A stretch of 63,982 bases of DNA, counting the filler, from Olpidium bornovanus S191 (Eukaryota > Fungi > Olpidiomycota): assembly GCA_017911155.1 (NCBI GenBank). It is 33 parts of 33 records of this genome, joined end to end, with 100 filler letters (N's around TTAATTAATTAA, not from the genome) between each part and the next. Parts side by side here need not be neighbours in the genome. Positions count along the whole stretch, not along the records: positions 34,856 to 38,631 come from JAEFCI010005018.1; positions 38,732 to 40,253 come from JAEFCI010001556.1; positions 40,354 to 41,407 come from JAEFCI010004630.1; positions 41,508 to 42,855 come from JAEFCI010000608.1; positions 42,956 to 44,425 come from JAEFCI010006958.1; positions 44,526 to 45,751 come from JAEFCI010012795.1; positions 45,852 to 47,843 come from JAEFCI010005298.1; positions 47,944 to 50,870 come from JAEFCI010013409.1; 25 more parts are not named here. One strand, given 5' to 3'. Under the pieces are notes generated by a model. The model searched no databases and was not told where the DNA came from. It worked only from the letters and a program-made list of their open reading frames with translations. Positions 37,901 to 48,862 of the stretch are shown in pieces. Positions within the stretch are counted from its first letter, which is position 1; each line of letters starts with the position of its first letter. The position numbers and the translations under genes are program-made.

Positions 37901-38218
37901 GGCCGCCGCGCTCCGCTCCTTCGCCCGCCGCGCCGTCACCGCCGGCCACGAGTCCGGGCGGGTGAAGGCCAGCGGGCGCGGGTGGCACAGCGGCGCGGCG
38001 CGCTTCGCGGCCTGCGAAGCCGGGGCGACCCCGCGCCTGCGGACATTGAAGTGGTAGGCGACGAGAAGGTTCAGCAGCACGACGAGGGCCAGCGACGAAA
38101 GGAACCAGAGGTAGAGCAGCGCCGGGTAAAACAAGACCAGGCGCAACACGTAACAGCCGGCCAGGGCGGCGACGACGGCGGCGGCGGCGGCCAGCGGCGG
38201 AAATCCGGCGACGATCAT
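34935..38218 (-). CDS. MDM1: Mdm1/SNX13-14-25 family sorting nexin (TM-PXA-RGS), 3' truncated, multi-exon
   Basis: N-terminal TM helices; PXA motifs FVLRDFVVAWY.GVS.DP.F and REIVAGAVFRPLMDMLADPDYWNQ; RGS segment SLREVLRSEDGRGLWESF...LFWLAVDD. Confidence 0.9.
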
Positions 38219-38317
38219 GAACAGAGGCCAGCCTCCCCCTCCTCTCCCCCTCCCCTTTTTCCTTTCGTCGCTCTCTGAAGCAGCAACGGAATTGGCAGCC
38301 GGCGCGGCCGCCTGCCC

Positions 38318-38357
<40 letters not shown>

Positions 38358-39837
38358 GATTGCCTCTGCGGCCTGTGCCCTGCGTTTGCCGCTGCTCGCT
38401 GCTGCCGCCATTGTCACAGACGCCGCCGCCGCCGCACGCCGTCATTCTAGACCGCCTCTGCTGCCCCGGCAACTCGTGTCGGCAACAGAGTAACAAATAG
38501 TTAATACAAAACAAAACAAAAATTCGGAGCCTTTGAACCTTTGACAGGCTTCCGCCTTCGGCGCCGAGCTCGCCTTGCCTTCGCCTCGGCCCGAGCTTGC
38601 CTTCGCCTTCGGCCTCGAGCTCGCCGCCGCCNNNNNNNNNNNNNNNNNNNNNNNNNNNNNNNNNNNNNNNNNNNNTTAATTAATTAANNNNNNNNNNNNN
38701 NNNNNNNNNNNNNNNNNNNNNNNNNNNNNNNCATGTCCCGGATCGACCAGGGCCAAACACGCTCACGAAATTTTCTTTTCTCAGACATTTGGCGGGACGT
38801 TCCGCGCGACGACGACGACTATCCTGAGAGAAGCTGCAGGGACGAGGGCGCCCCTCCCGCTTCGGATCGCGTCACACCGTCGCAGGCTCGCGCCAGCCAC
38901 GCCTCCGCGTCGACGACCAGACACGCGCCTCCCTCAGCAACATCCGGTTCTTCCTCCGCCTCCACAACAAGTCGCAGGATTGCGTCCGCCACCGCCCCCA
39001 GCAGTCATCGTAGCACACGGTCGCGGACATCCGCCGCCGCCCTTCCGTCGTCGCCCTCCGCCTCTTCGGTTCCCATGCCCCTTGCTACCAGCGAGCCTTC
39101 TTCGGTGACCGCGCCCGCGCCGCCATCTGCCAGCGGATCTTCCTCAGCGACTGTTGCGCCCGGCGGGTCTTCTTCCAGCGGCAACGCATCGGCTCCCGGC
39201 TCGGCAGCAGCTAACATACTGCCCGTTCCGTAGTTGTAACGCCACTCCCCATTCTCCTTCCCTCCAGAGGGAAACAAAATAATAAAGAAAAAAAAACGTA
39301 AATACGGTGGAATCTCGAGTTCAAGTTTTGGAATTTGATCTTGGCATTCGGTAGTTGAAAATTGGTCACCCTGCCTCTTTCATTCAAGACCCCCGCCATC
39401 CCTTCCTCGCCTTCAACCTGACGTTTGGAGCCTCGAGGCGCCACACTCCCTCTCATCGACCTAACCGTCCATAACGTCGCAGATAGCCCTGTCAGCAAAC
39501 GTGATCGACGAGCGAGTATGGTCCGGTCCCGAGTGCGTCCTCCGGCAATCTTCCGCGCCTCACGCTGCACGATTTTTTATTTGTCCCACGTCTCCCGATG
39601 GGTATCCAACGATCGTAGACTGCCTACGTATCCTCGACGAGGAATCAGGGCGTCGTAGTTCGAATACGCTCGTTACGTGTTTATCGTGCATTCTTGAGCG
39701 CAGGTCTGTTTCTTCTTCGTCACGTCCCAACTCGTCATCTTCGCTGAGCTCCGCCTCCAGTTGCGTCGGTTCCGTTCGCATCTCACCAGTTCGACGGCGG
39801 AACAGCCGGATCCGAGTTCCCGAATATCGAGTCATTT

Positions 39838-40253
39838 ACGGGGTTCCATCCAGCTCACGAAGGACGTAAGTTCGAGTGTCTCGGTTCACTTCGTCCACAA
39901 CATAGGGCCCAAACCACCGAGGCAAGAGCTTCCGCTCTGTCCGAAACTCGTTAAATATTCAATCATTCCGCACTAAGACCCATTCTCTGGGTTCAATGGT
40001 TTGTTCCCGTGTTGTTCGGGCTGAGTCCACCATCTCTTTTGCCTTTTCCCGTTTTTTCTCCAGTCGCTCCTTAGCCCGTTGTCGGGTAATAACTCGACCC
40101 AACGTGAGTTCGCAGGTTGCTGTTGAGGATAGCCCGAGGCTCTATCGCTGCCGGGCGGCAAGGGACTTCTCCGCTGTCGAGCACGCTCGCTCTCCGCAGG
40201 CCTTCGAAGGAGTCTCCGATCGTACGGGCACCCAGCCAAGGTTCTCGAACCCG
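39838..40253 (-). mobile_element. Degenerate Ty3/gypsy integrase C-terminus
   Basis: RAKERLEKKREKAKEMVD...IEPREWVLVRND*...RKLLPRWFGPYVVDEV...TYVLRELDG (GPY/F motif), with in-frame stops. Confidence 0.85.
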
Positions 40254-40399
40254 NNNNNNNNNNNNNNNNNNNNNNNNNNNNNNNNNNNNNNNNNNNNTTA
40301 ATTAATTAANNNNNNNNNNNNNNNNNNNNNNNNNNNNNNNNNNNNNNNNNNNNACGGAGTCGGCCAATCAGCGACGGCAGCGACTTTTCGTGGATCTGG

Positions 40400-40715
40400 G
40401 CGAATGCCATCGGGCGAAACGAGATGGCCAGGATAATGTCAGCGCAACAAAACGAGCACTTCTTCACTTTCATGCACAAGCCGACTTAGTTAAAACGATC
40501 GAAGACGCTGCGAAGATCGACGAGGTGTCGTTCAAACGATCGGGAGTAAATGATCACGTCATCAAGTTAAATGAGGCAACACTGCCATCGAAGACCACCA
40601 AGGACGCTGGTCATAGAACGTTGAAACGCGGCAGGGACATTTTTCAAACCGAAAGGCATGCAGGTATACTCGAACAGGCCTTCGTGACAGATAAAAGCGG
40701 TCTTTTCGCGAGCGG
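40400..40715 (-). mobile_element. Degenerate Ty3/gypsy reverse transcriptase
   Basis: REKTAFICHEGLFEYTCMPFGLKNVPAAFQRSM...CLI*LDDVIIYSRSFE.H; YLDD tyrosine mutated to stop. Confidence 0.9.
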
Positions 40716-41174
40716 ACGGTGTCGGGAGACTGTTGACTTCGACGGGATTGTGGCAGGCTGGGACGGGCAGCAATGGGCTGTTCTACGCGTGCAGATTGCC
40801 GTAGGTACGGGTGGCCGCGGGACAGCGGAGTCCTCTTCTTGCCGTTATCGCAGCTCACTTCGACGCGGGCTTCGGCGCGCTCCCCTTGCTCCCCAATACC
40901 GCCCTCCAACCCCAGGAGCAGCCAACTGCCCGCTCGGAGGGGCATCACAGTCGCAGGCGGTTGAGACTAGTCGGCTTGGAGCCCCACGGGAAGTCGTCAA
41001 AGCGCCTTCGAAGGGTGCTACGTTGCTTTTTATTTTTGTTGTGGTGTTCTGTTTTGTTTGCCGCGTAAATAAGGGGGGTGAAACAAAGGGGGGGGCCTCC
41101 TTATGCGCCAAGCGCATAATTCCCCGGGGCATTAATTGCCCAACAGCCGCCCTCTTGCGGCATTCCCTACCTAC

Positions 41175-41407
41175 TGAAGGGGGGGGGGGGGATGCCGCGA
41201 AACTAAAACCGAAAGCAAAGGGAAGAAAGAGGAAAAGCAAAGGAAGGAGGCACAACGGTTACTAGCAAGGGGAGATCACGTAGTATGCAAATGTGCGAGT
41301 GGGCAAGGTAAACGTGGGCGGAAGAACCAGCCCCGGCGGCCCCGAAAACGTAGCCCTTGAACGCGTCCCCGACGGGCTTTCCCCAGGCCCCTTCCCTGAG
41401 GCATGCG
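41175..41407 (+). mobile_element. Possible polypurine tract followed by an LTR start (TG)
   Basis: GAAG(G)nA immediately followed by TGCCGCG; orientation opposite to the adjacent RT. Confidence 0.3.
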
Positions 41408-41623
41408 NNNNNNNNNNNNNNNNNNNNNNNNNNNNNNNNNNNNNNNNNNNNTTAATTAATTAANNNNNNNNNNNNNNNNNNNNNNNNNNNNNNNNNNNNN
41501 NNNNNNNAGCATTGCAACCAGCGCGCCTTCCGCGTCGAATATCGGAGTGACGAGCCGTCCGTCAATGTTGACCGGCTCACGTTGACCGCTGTCGATGGCC
41601 TTGAAGACGAACGACCTGCGACG

Positions 41624-42855
41624 TCATGTTTGGGAACACGCGAAGGTCGTCCGCGCGCGGTTAAACGGCGGCGAGAACCTGTATTTTTTTTTTTTGGCCG
41701 ACAATACGCGCCCGGGGGCTTTCCCGCACCTTTCGGTATCGCTGCGCTTGATCTCCTGAACGCCGCGGTTTTCGGGAGTGGACGGCTTCGGCTTTTCCGG
41801 CGGAGTTCCGTCCGAAGGGAGCGGCGCTGTCGGCCTCTCCCCCGCGTCTTCCCGTCCCGCAACGTCCCGCGATCCGCCGGAACCTTCTTCACCCTCTCCC
41901 TTCTCCGCGTCCGCGTTCTCGGCTGCCTTTTCCGATTCCGCCGCCCCTTCTCCCTTCGCTTCCGCTTCATCGCCCTCTTCCTCTTCCTCCTCGTCTTCCT
42001 TTTCTTCATCTTTGTCTTCCTCTCCGGCATCCTCCCCTTCCTCACCCTCATCTGCCATTTCATCGGCCGACCCGCCGGCCGCCGCTGCCAGGGAACCCGC
42101 GCTTTCTGCGCTGTCAATGCCGGTAGCGAGCAGGACGCGGTACTCCTCGCCGGCGGGAGCCAGTTCCCGGTCGGCCTTTTCCACGAAAAAAAACTCCACG
42201 TCCTTCACGCCGTCTCCGCGGTCTCGGATCCACTTGGCGGACGCCTGCGCGAGCTGCGTCACCCGCTCGCGGAGGTCGATCGCCTCGACGGCGGAGGCGA
42301 TGATCTCGGCCAGGTTCTGGCCATTTTGCGCAACGCGGCACGTTTAACTCTCCTGACCGGATCGCCGTCCGCTACGAGCAACATCGGAGGACGCAGGGGC
42401 CGGTTTCAGGAAGGTTACTGACCTTGTTGAAAATGGCGTCTTCCTTGGCAAAGCCGTCGGCGGCGAAGGCATCTAGATCAAACTGCTGCGCGGTCTGAGC
42501 CTGATCCGCGCTCCGCCGCTTCTTTCTCGCGAGGATATCGGTGCGCAGGACGCCCAAAAGGGCGCCGTCCTTCGAACGCACGGACACGAGCAAGGTGTGA
42601 ACGGCGGCGGAAAGGTCGCTGCCGGTATCCTCGCTCGCCCGGCGCTGGAGTGCGGGTCCGACAAACCGGGCGTTGCTCAGTTCCAGGGCCTGTTCGCCCG
42701 CCGCGACTTCTTCTTCGCCTTCCTTCGGAACCCCGCATGGGTACAAATGCCGGAACTCGACGCTCTCCGGGGAATCAACGACTTCCTCGTGGATCATCAG
42801 AGCGCGCAAGGGGCCGTCGCACCCTTCGTACCGCAGCGCCATCCCGGAACAGGCG
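41624..42855 (-). CDS. Hypothetical protein with long acidic (E/D) region, at least 2 exons
   Basis: ORFs 42842-42372 and 42262-41624 with GC3-rich codons; GT donor after DAIFNK; possible GAF-like segment (HTLLVSVRSKDGALLGVLRTD). Confidence 0.5.
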
Positions 42856-42955
42856 NNNNNNNNNNNNNNNNNNNNNNNNNNNNNNNNNNNNNNNNNNNNT
42901 TAATTAATTAANNNNNNNNNNNNNNNNNNNNNNNNNNNNNNNNNNNNNNNNNNNN

Positions 42956-44425
42956 CCGGCTTTTCCTCGGACGACGCGTGGAACTCGTCTCCCGAACCGG
43001 CGCCACTGGAAGCCGGCTTTTCCTCGGACGACGCGTGGAGCTCGTCCCTCGAACCGGCCGCCGTCGCGTCTGCTGGCGAAGCGGAAAACTTCGAGCCCCG
43101 TGACGCGTTTTCGCCCTCGCCGCTCTGTCTCGACGGCGAGCCGAACTCTACGCCCCCCGCCTGAGGCGCAGCGCCGGTCGACGTGCAGTACGGCAACCTC
43201 GCGGCCGTCAAACGCCGCGTGGAACGCGAAGCGTCCCCGTCAAACCAAGCGTCTGAAAGTCTAAATGAACCCGAAGAAGTGTATTGCCCGCTGAGGAGTG
43301 ACGGTGACGGTGTGGTCGCGCTTTCTTTTTTATTTTATTATTTTTTTCAGCGCGTGCATCCGCTTCGTTTCTAAGTTTTGTCGTTCCAGACCCGATCATG
43401 GACTCCTTGGATAACCATCCCCGCTGAATAGCCTTCAAGCAGTGAGTTGCCGATAAATACTCTGACAGGAGCGAAACGTCGACCGATTTGGAGCGCAGGA
43501 AGGCCGATGGCGGCGGCGGCGACGGCCGGAACGACGTGGGCAGCGAAGCCTCCGGAGAAGAACAGGCGGATGGAAGTCTGGGCGAGGGCAGTGAACTCGA
43601 AGGTATGCCCGGGGACTGAGGAGTGGCTGCGCGGTGTGGCACCCTCCGCATGTTCGCCGGCGTGGGGCTAAATTTTTCATTCCAGACCCCGTCGTGGCCG
43701 GCTTCCAAAACGACTCCAGGTCGACTGTCTTCAGGCACTACGTTGACGACTACTTCGAACCCCGCGCCACCACGCCGAAAGACCTGCAGTACGGAAATGG
43801 CGCTGGCGACGAACACGGCCTGAGCCGCGTGGATCGCGACTTTTCGGTGTGCCAAGCGGCTGCAGATAACAACGATGACGCTGTATTCGAAGCTATGCCC
43901 GGAGTTTTAGATTTGGAGCGCAGGAAGACCGATGGCAGCGGCGGCGACGGCCGGAGCGACGTGGGCAGCGAAGCCTCCGGGGAAAAACAGACGGATGGAC
44001 GTCTGGGCGAGGGCAGTGAACCCAAAGGGATGCCCGGGGACTGAGAAGTGACTGCGCGGTGTGGCACCGTCCGCATGTTCGCCGGCGTGGGCTCTAGGTT
44101 TTTCATTCCAGACCCCGTCATGGCCGGCTTCCAAAACGATCCCAAGTCGACTGCCTTCAAGCACTACGTTGACGACTGCTTCGGAACCCGCGTCACCACG
44201 CCAAAAGACCTGCAGTACGGAAATGTTTCTGGCAACGAACACGACCAGAGCCGCGTGGATCGCGACTCATCGGTGTGTCAAGCGGCTGCAGATAACAACG
44301 AAGGCGCTGTATTCAAATGTATGCCCGGAGTTTTAGGAGTGACTGCACGTTATGGCAGCGTCCGCGCGGCTGAGTATGCCGGTGGGCTGAAATCCACGTC
44401 GTTCCAGACTCCCCCCTGGCTTCAG
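42956..44425 (+). pseudogene. Tandemly amplified exon-intron units (~426-bp period) of an acidic repeat-protein gene with in-frame stops
   Basis: 43486-43910 approximately equals 43910-44336; repeated peptide DPV.AGFQND...D[LV]QYGN; homologous GTATGCCC...TTCCAG introns. Confidence 0.6.
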
Positions 44426-46105
44426 NNNNNNNNNNNNNNNNNNNNNNNNNNNNNNNNNNNNNNNNNNNNTTAATTAATTAANNNNNNNNNNNNNNNNNNN
44501 NNNNNNNNNNNNNNNNNNNNNNNNNCATGCACACCAGCCGACTCCGCAACCCGTTCATCCTCAGCCTTGGCCTCTTTCGCAGCAGCCGCAGATGTGGCTG
44601 CCCTAGCAACTGTCGGTGTGTGATGCAAGCCAAATCTCGGAGGCAGCCGTTGCAACACACTGCCGCGCAGCCGGCACAGCTGTCGAACTTGCAACATTTG
44701 CCGGAGCACCAACCGTCGCGAACGCAAACATTTCCGCACGCGGTTCGGCCGCAGCAACCCCAGGCGACTTGAATCTCGCCTGACACCAGTCGCCGCTGGT
44801 GTCTCTGCAGTTGAATTCTGCAGCGTTATCCGCAGAGATTGCTGCGCGAGCCGCAACAGCATCCGACGGTGTCGAGTAATGTGCCGCGTTGAGCACCACG
44901 ACAGTTGCAGTAGAGGTATCCGCTCCAGCGGGTGTAACGAAAGATGCAAACCCAGTTGCGCCCCCCCCCCCCCCCCCCCCCCCCCCCACCACCCCCCGCC
45001 CCCCCCCCCCCCCCCCCCCCTCCCCACGAAATACTCGTCGGTTCGGTGACCTAATACGCCGGGACGACCGGTTGAATGCCAATACACCCTCCGCTCCGCA
45101 AAAAACTTTGCGAAAGGCCCCAGCTGGGCGCGCCGGCAGGGATCACTGGGTCTAAGGCGCAGCGTGAGTTCCAGACGCATTCGGCAACGGCAAAAGATAT
45201 CCCGTTGCTGTTCACGCACAGTGAGGCAAGCATTTCTACAAGGAATCTCAAAACACCGCGACTTCGAACGGCATTGCCAAACAGTCGGTGTCGTTGTCGT
45301 TCTAAACACCCTGGGCCGTCTTGGTCGGCCGCCCCACGGCCCTTTAGCTCTCCGCTCATCGCAAGTAGACACGCCTCCGATCGCCAAGGAGGGGTGCCAA
45401 GGGACATTTGCCAGGACGCCGCTCAAGGAGTTATGGACGGGACAATTTGCACGCTGTGTTTTTTCCTTTTTCTCTTCCCCCGTTCATATCATCCACCGCA
45501 TCCGTTGTCTGATCAAAACCAACTTTTTTCTTGAATTTCTTTATAAAATATCTGAAACACGAAGCGCGCAAGTGGGGAGGAAGGTCGCATATTACGAGAG
45601 CGCTCGCTTCCCACGCGCACTCACAGTAAAGAAATAAACGAAGAGGAGGTCGAACGACAACGCCTCACTCCGGATAGCGAAGGAGAGCGGGGGGGGGGGG
45701 GGGGGGGGGGTTTTTTTTTTTTAAAAAAAACATATCTCTGACGATTGCGCCNNNNNNNNNNNNNNNNNNNNNNNNNNNNNNNNNNNNNNNNNNNNTTAAT
45801 TAATTAANNNNNNNNNNNNNNNNNNNNNNNNNNNNNNNNNNNNNNNNNNNNCATGTTATTATTTATATACCTACGTCGATTTGCAATCGAAGATGCGCGG
45901 AGACGTCCGCGCGTTCGTGCGAAGTAAAAGCGCTCCGTTGACGTGTAATCTTCCGCGCGCGACGCGCGCTGGCTGCGTTGCAGGTTCGCAGCGCAGTTTC
46001 GAGATTACAGGCAAATGCGGGGGGCGGCGCACGGCGTCGCCGGTATTTGTTTATTTGCGGTTTGGGTTGCGCGAACCGAGCGGTTTTTGAGACGTCCGAT
46101 AGAAC

Positions 46106-47652
46106 TTACAGCGGCGAGCCGTCGCCGACGCAGGAACGGTCGGCCGCGACCGTAATCCGAGCGTGGTACTCTTCGCACGCCGCCCTCAGCTCGCGGTACG
46201 GCTTGGCCTCGCGGGACGCGATCCCGGCCTTCAGGGCGGCGGCGGCGGCGACGAAAGCCAGGTCGGCGAACTTGTGGTGCAGCTCGTACTCGCGGTCGAG
46301 CTCGATGCTTTTGTTGACCGCCATCCGGCCCACCCGCCACGCCTTCTCCTGCACGCCGAGGAACTCGTCCACCTTCCGCGCCTTCCGCACGGTGCACCGG
46401 GCCACCGCCCCCACGAGGTCGGGGATCGGCGACTGCTTGACGCAAACGGCCGCCCTCACCGCGAAATTGATCACGGTGTCCGCCGCGCCGCCGGTCTGCC
46501 GCTTGGCGAGTTCTGCAACACAAGCGACAAAAGCCGGGTGGAAAAAAAAACAAAAAATAAAAAAAAGGGGTGGGGAGGGGAAGAAGCGGGACAACAGAGA
46601 GGCGAAGTTGACGACTCCCTTTAGGGTCGAGACCGGGGAATCCACCCGCTCAGTTCTCGCCGACGATCCGCCCCGGGATCACCGCTCTCGGGCTCACGTT
46701 GTCCGCGTCCGTCCATCTCCGCGGCAGAGCTCATTTTTGCCGCGCGCATATACCCGCGCAGCTTCTGTTCCAGGGCCTCTTTTCGATCGACGTCGGCCGA
46801 GACTGGTGACGGGGGAACGCAGTCAACTGATGTTTTAAACCACCCCCCCACTCCCCCCCCCTCAGACACCGCGACGCGGGCCGCAGGAAGCGGTACCGCA
46901 CCCGGAAAGGCCTGCAGCAACTTGTCGACCGCCTGCAGATAGGCCTCCGTGGCCTCGGCCCTCCGGCCCCGCCGCTCCAGGGCGGCGGCCACCAGCGCCA
47001 GGTCCGCCGCGGTTTCGACCGACGGCGCGTCCATGAGATTGTTCACCGGGACGACGAAATCGCGATCCGGGGCTTCCGCGGCGGCGGCGGCGGCGGCGGC
47101 CCGGACCCTTTCGCCGGGCGACTGCTCGCCGCGGCGCGGGCGCCTGATCGTCCTCAGGTACGCGATCCGCGACCGCCGTCGGGTCCGGACCTGCGGCTGC
47201 GCGGGAGGCCGTTCTTCCAGGACGGCGGCGCTCGGCTCGGCCCAAAGGGCCGCCGCCGCGGCAGAGCCGCCGCCGAGGCCGCCGAGCACGGCGGCTCTCG
47301 CCGCGGCGGAAACCCGCGCCGTCGCCTCGCGGATGAAATCGCGCCGGGACCGTTCGACGGGGCGAGGCGCCGCCGGCGGGGCGAAAGCCGCCGCGCCGCC
47401 GGACGAGCTCGACGACGGCGTCGACGACCCGGACGGCGACGACCAGGAAGACGAGAGGCACGGCGTCCCGCCGCCGCCCCCGCCCGCGCCGGACCTCCGC
47501 TCGCTGTCGTCGTCTCCCCACGCCGAGCCGAACGGAAGAGGCGCGGCCGCGTCGGCGATCGGCCGCGACAGGTCCCCTGTTTCCGCGACGGCCTGGTGCT
47601 GCCCCAGTCTGTCCGCGACGGACTGCGCCGCCGCGTCGGCCGACGCCATCAT
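46106..47652 (-). CDS. MIT-like domain protein of early-diverging fungi, multi-exon
   Basis: MDAPSVETAADLA...EAYLQAVDKLL (MIT-like helix bundle), then DTVINFAVRAAV.VKQSPIPD...AVNKSIELDREYELH...ALKAGIA. Confidence 0.65.
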
Positions 47653-48862
47653 GCCCGGCTTGCTGAGGTCCGGGGTCGCCGGGCGGACGGACAGGAAACG
47701 TCGGACGCGCCCCGCGCGCGGCCGAGAACGTCAAAACGGGGGGGGGGGGTGTCTCTCCGGTGTTTCCCCGCCGGGCGGCGGCGAAACGGCCCCTCGCAAA
47801 AAGGGCCGCGCGCCGGCCACCTCCCTTTTCCCTCCCCTTCCCCNNNNNNNNNNNNNNNNNNNNNNNNNNNNNNNNNNNNNNNNNNNNTTAATTAATTAAN
47901 NNNNNNNNNNNNNNNNNNNNNNNNNNNNNNNNNNNNNNNNNNNCATGAGCCCAATGGACCCGGGTAGGTCCGTAAACTGCCTGGGGTCTCGACATTGTCA
48001 CGACCTCGACACGCGGCCCAGGCAGTTCGTAAAAATTGCCTCCGGCAACCGACCGTGCTGGAACAAGGACCCGTCGACCTTGGCATGTCCAGGAAACTGC
48101 CCCCAAACCTCAAACGACCCGGGTAGGTCGTAAAACTGCCTCAGGCAAACCAAACGCCTGGACCGCGGGGCACCCAGGGATCTTGCGGGCCCCAAGATAA
48201 CAAAGCCCCCCTCGATCCCCGACCCCGGCCCTATCCCCCACCTTTTGCATCTTTCCCGCTCGAGGCCCGGAGGTGGTAACGGCGAACACCCCTGAGGAAC
48301 GCCGGCCCGGCGAGAACGGCGGCACCCTGCTCACGTAATGAAACCCCCATAACCCCGTGCCACCCGGCCTCTTCGGTGGAGGACAAGTTGGTGACTAATA
48401 AAAGCTAAGCGCTGCCGTGTCTGTTATTACGTTATTGCGCTAAGCGAGGAGGAGTGTGAACGGTACGATGCGCTTTACGGGCCACGTAATCATCAAAGTG
48501 CTACTCCTGGGGGGGAACCGGCGCAGTCCGACCCCGCTCTCCCACGCCGAACAGCAAACGGAGGAAGAGAAGAGAGCGAAATCGTACGAAATTCGATTGG
48601 TTTCGTGCGTAGCCTTCGTGGGCAACTAGTGGGGCAGTCACGTGATCCGCTACGGAAGCAGGGCCCAACAGAGCTCACCGAAGTAAGGAGCAAACGCCAT
48701 TCCGAAAAATCAAACGTGGACGTCAGGTGTATTCAATGTACCTGTTCTGAAACCTGCGGACTTTTCTAACCGCACGCAACCTCGGCGTCTGGACGGGCAG
48801 AGCAGCTCGATCCACGACGATAGGCAGGACGCTCGCTATCCCCGCACGAAGCCGGCACAGCC

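Noticed and set aside
42956-43450. TGA reassignment or selenocysteine readthrough
   Set aside because: Other genes in the window terminate normally at TGA, and no SECIS evidence was seen.
44526-45430. Cys-rich minus-strand ORFs resembling a zinc knuckle or metallothionein
   Set aside because: No CX2CX4HX4C; Cys richness is explained by GC-rich antisense reading; frames are interrupted.
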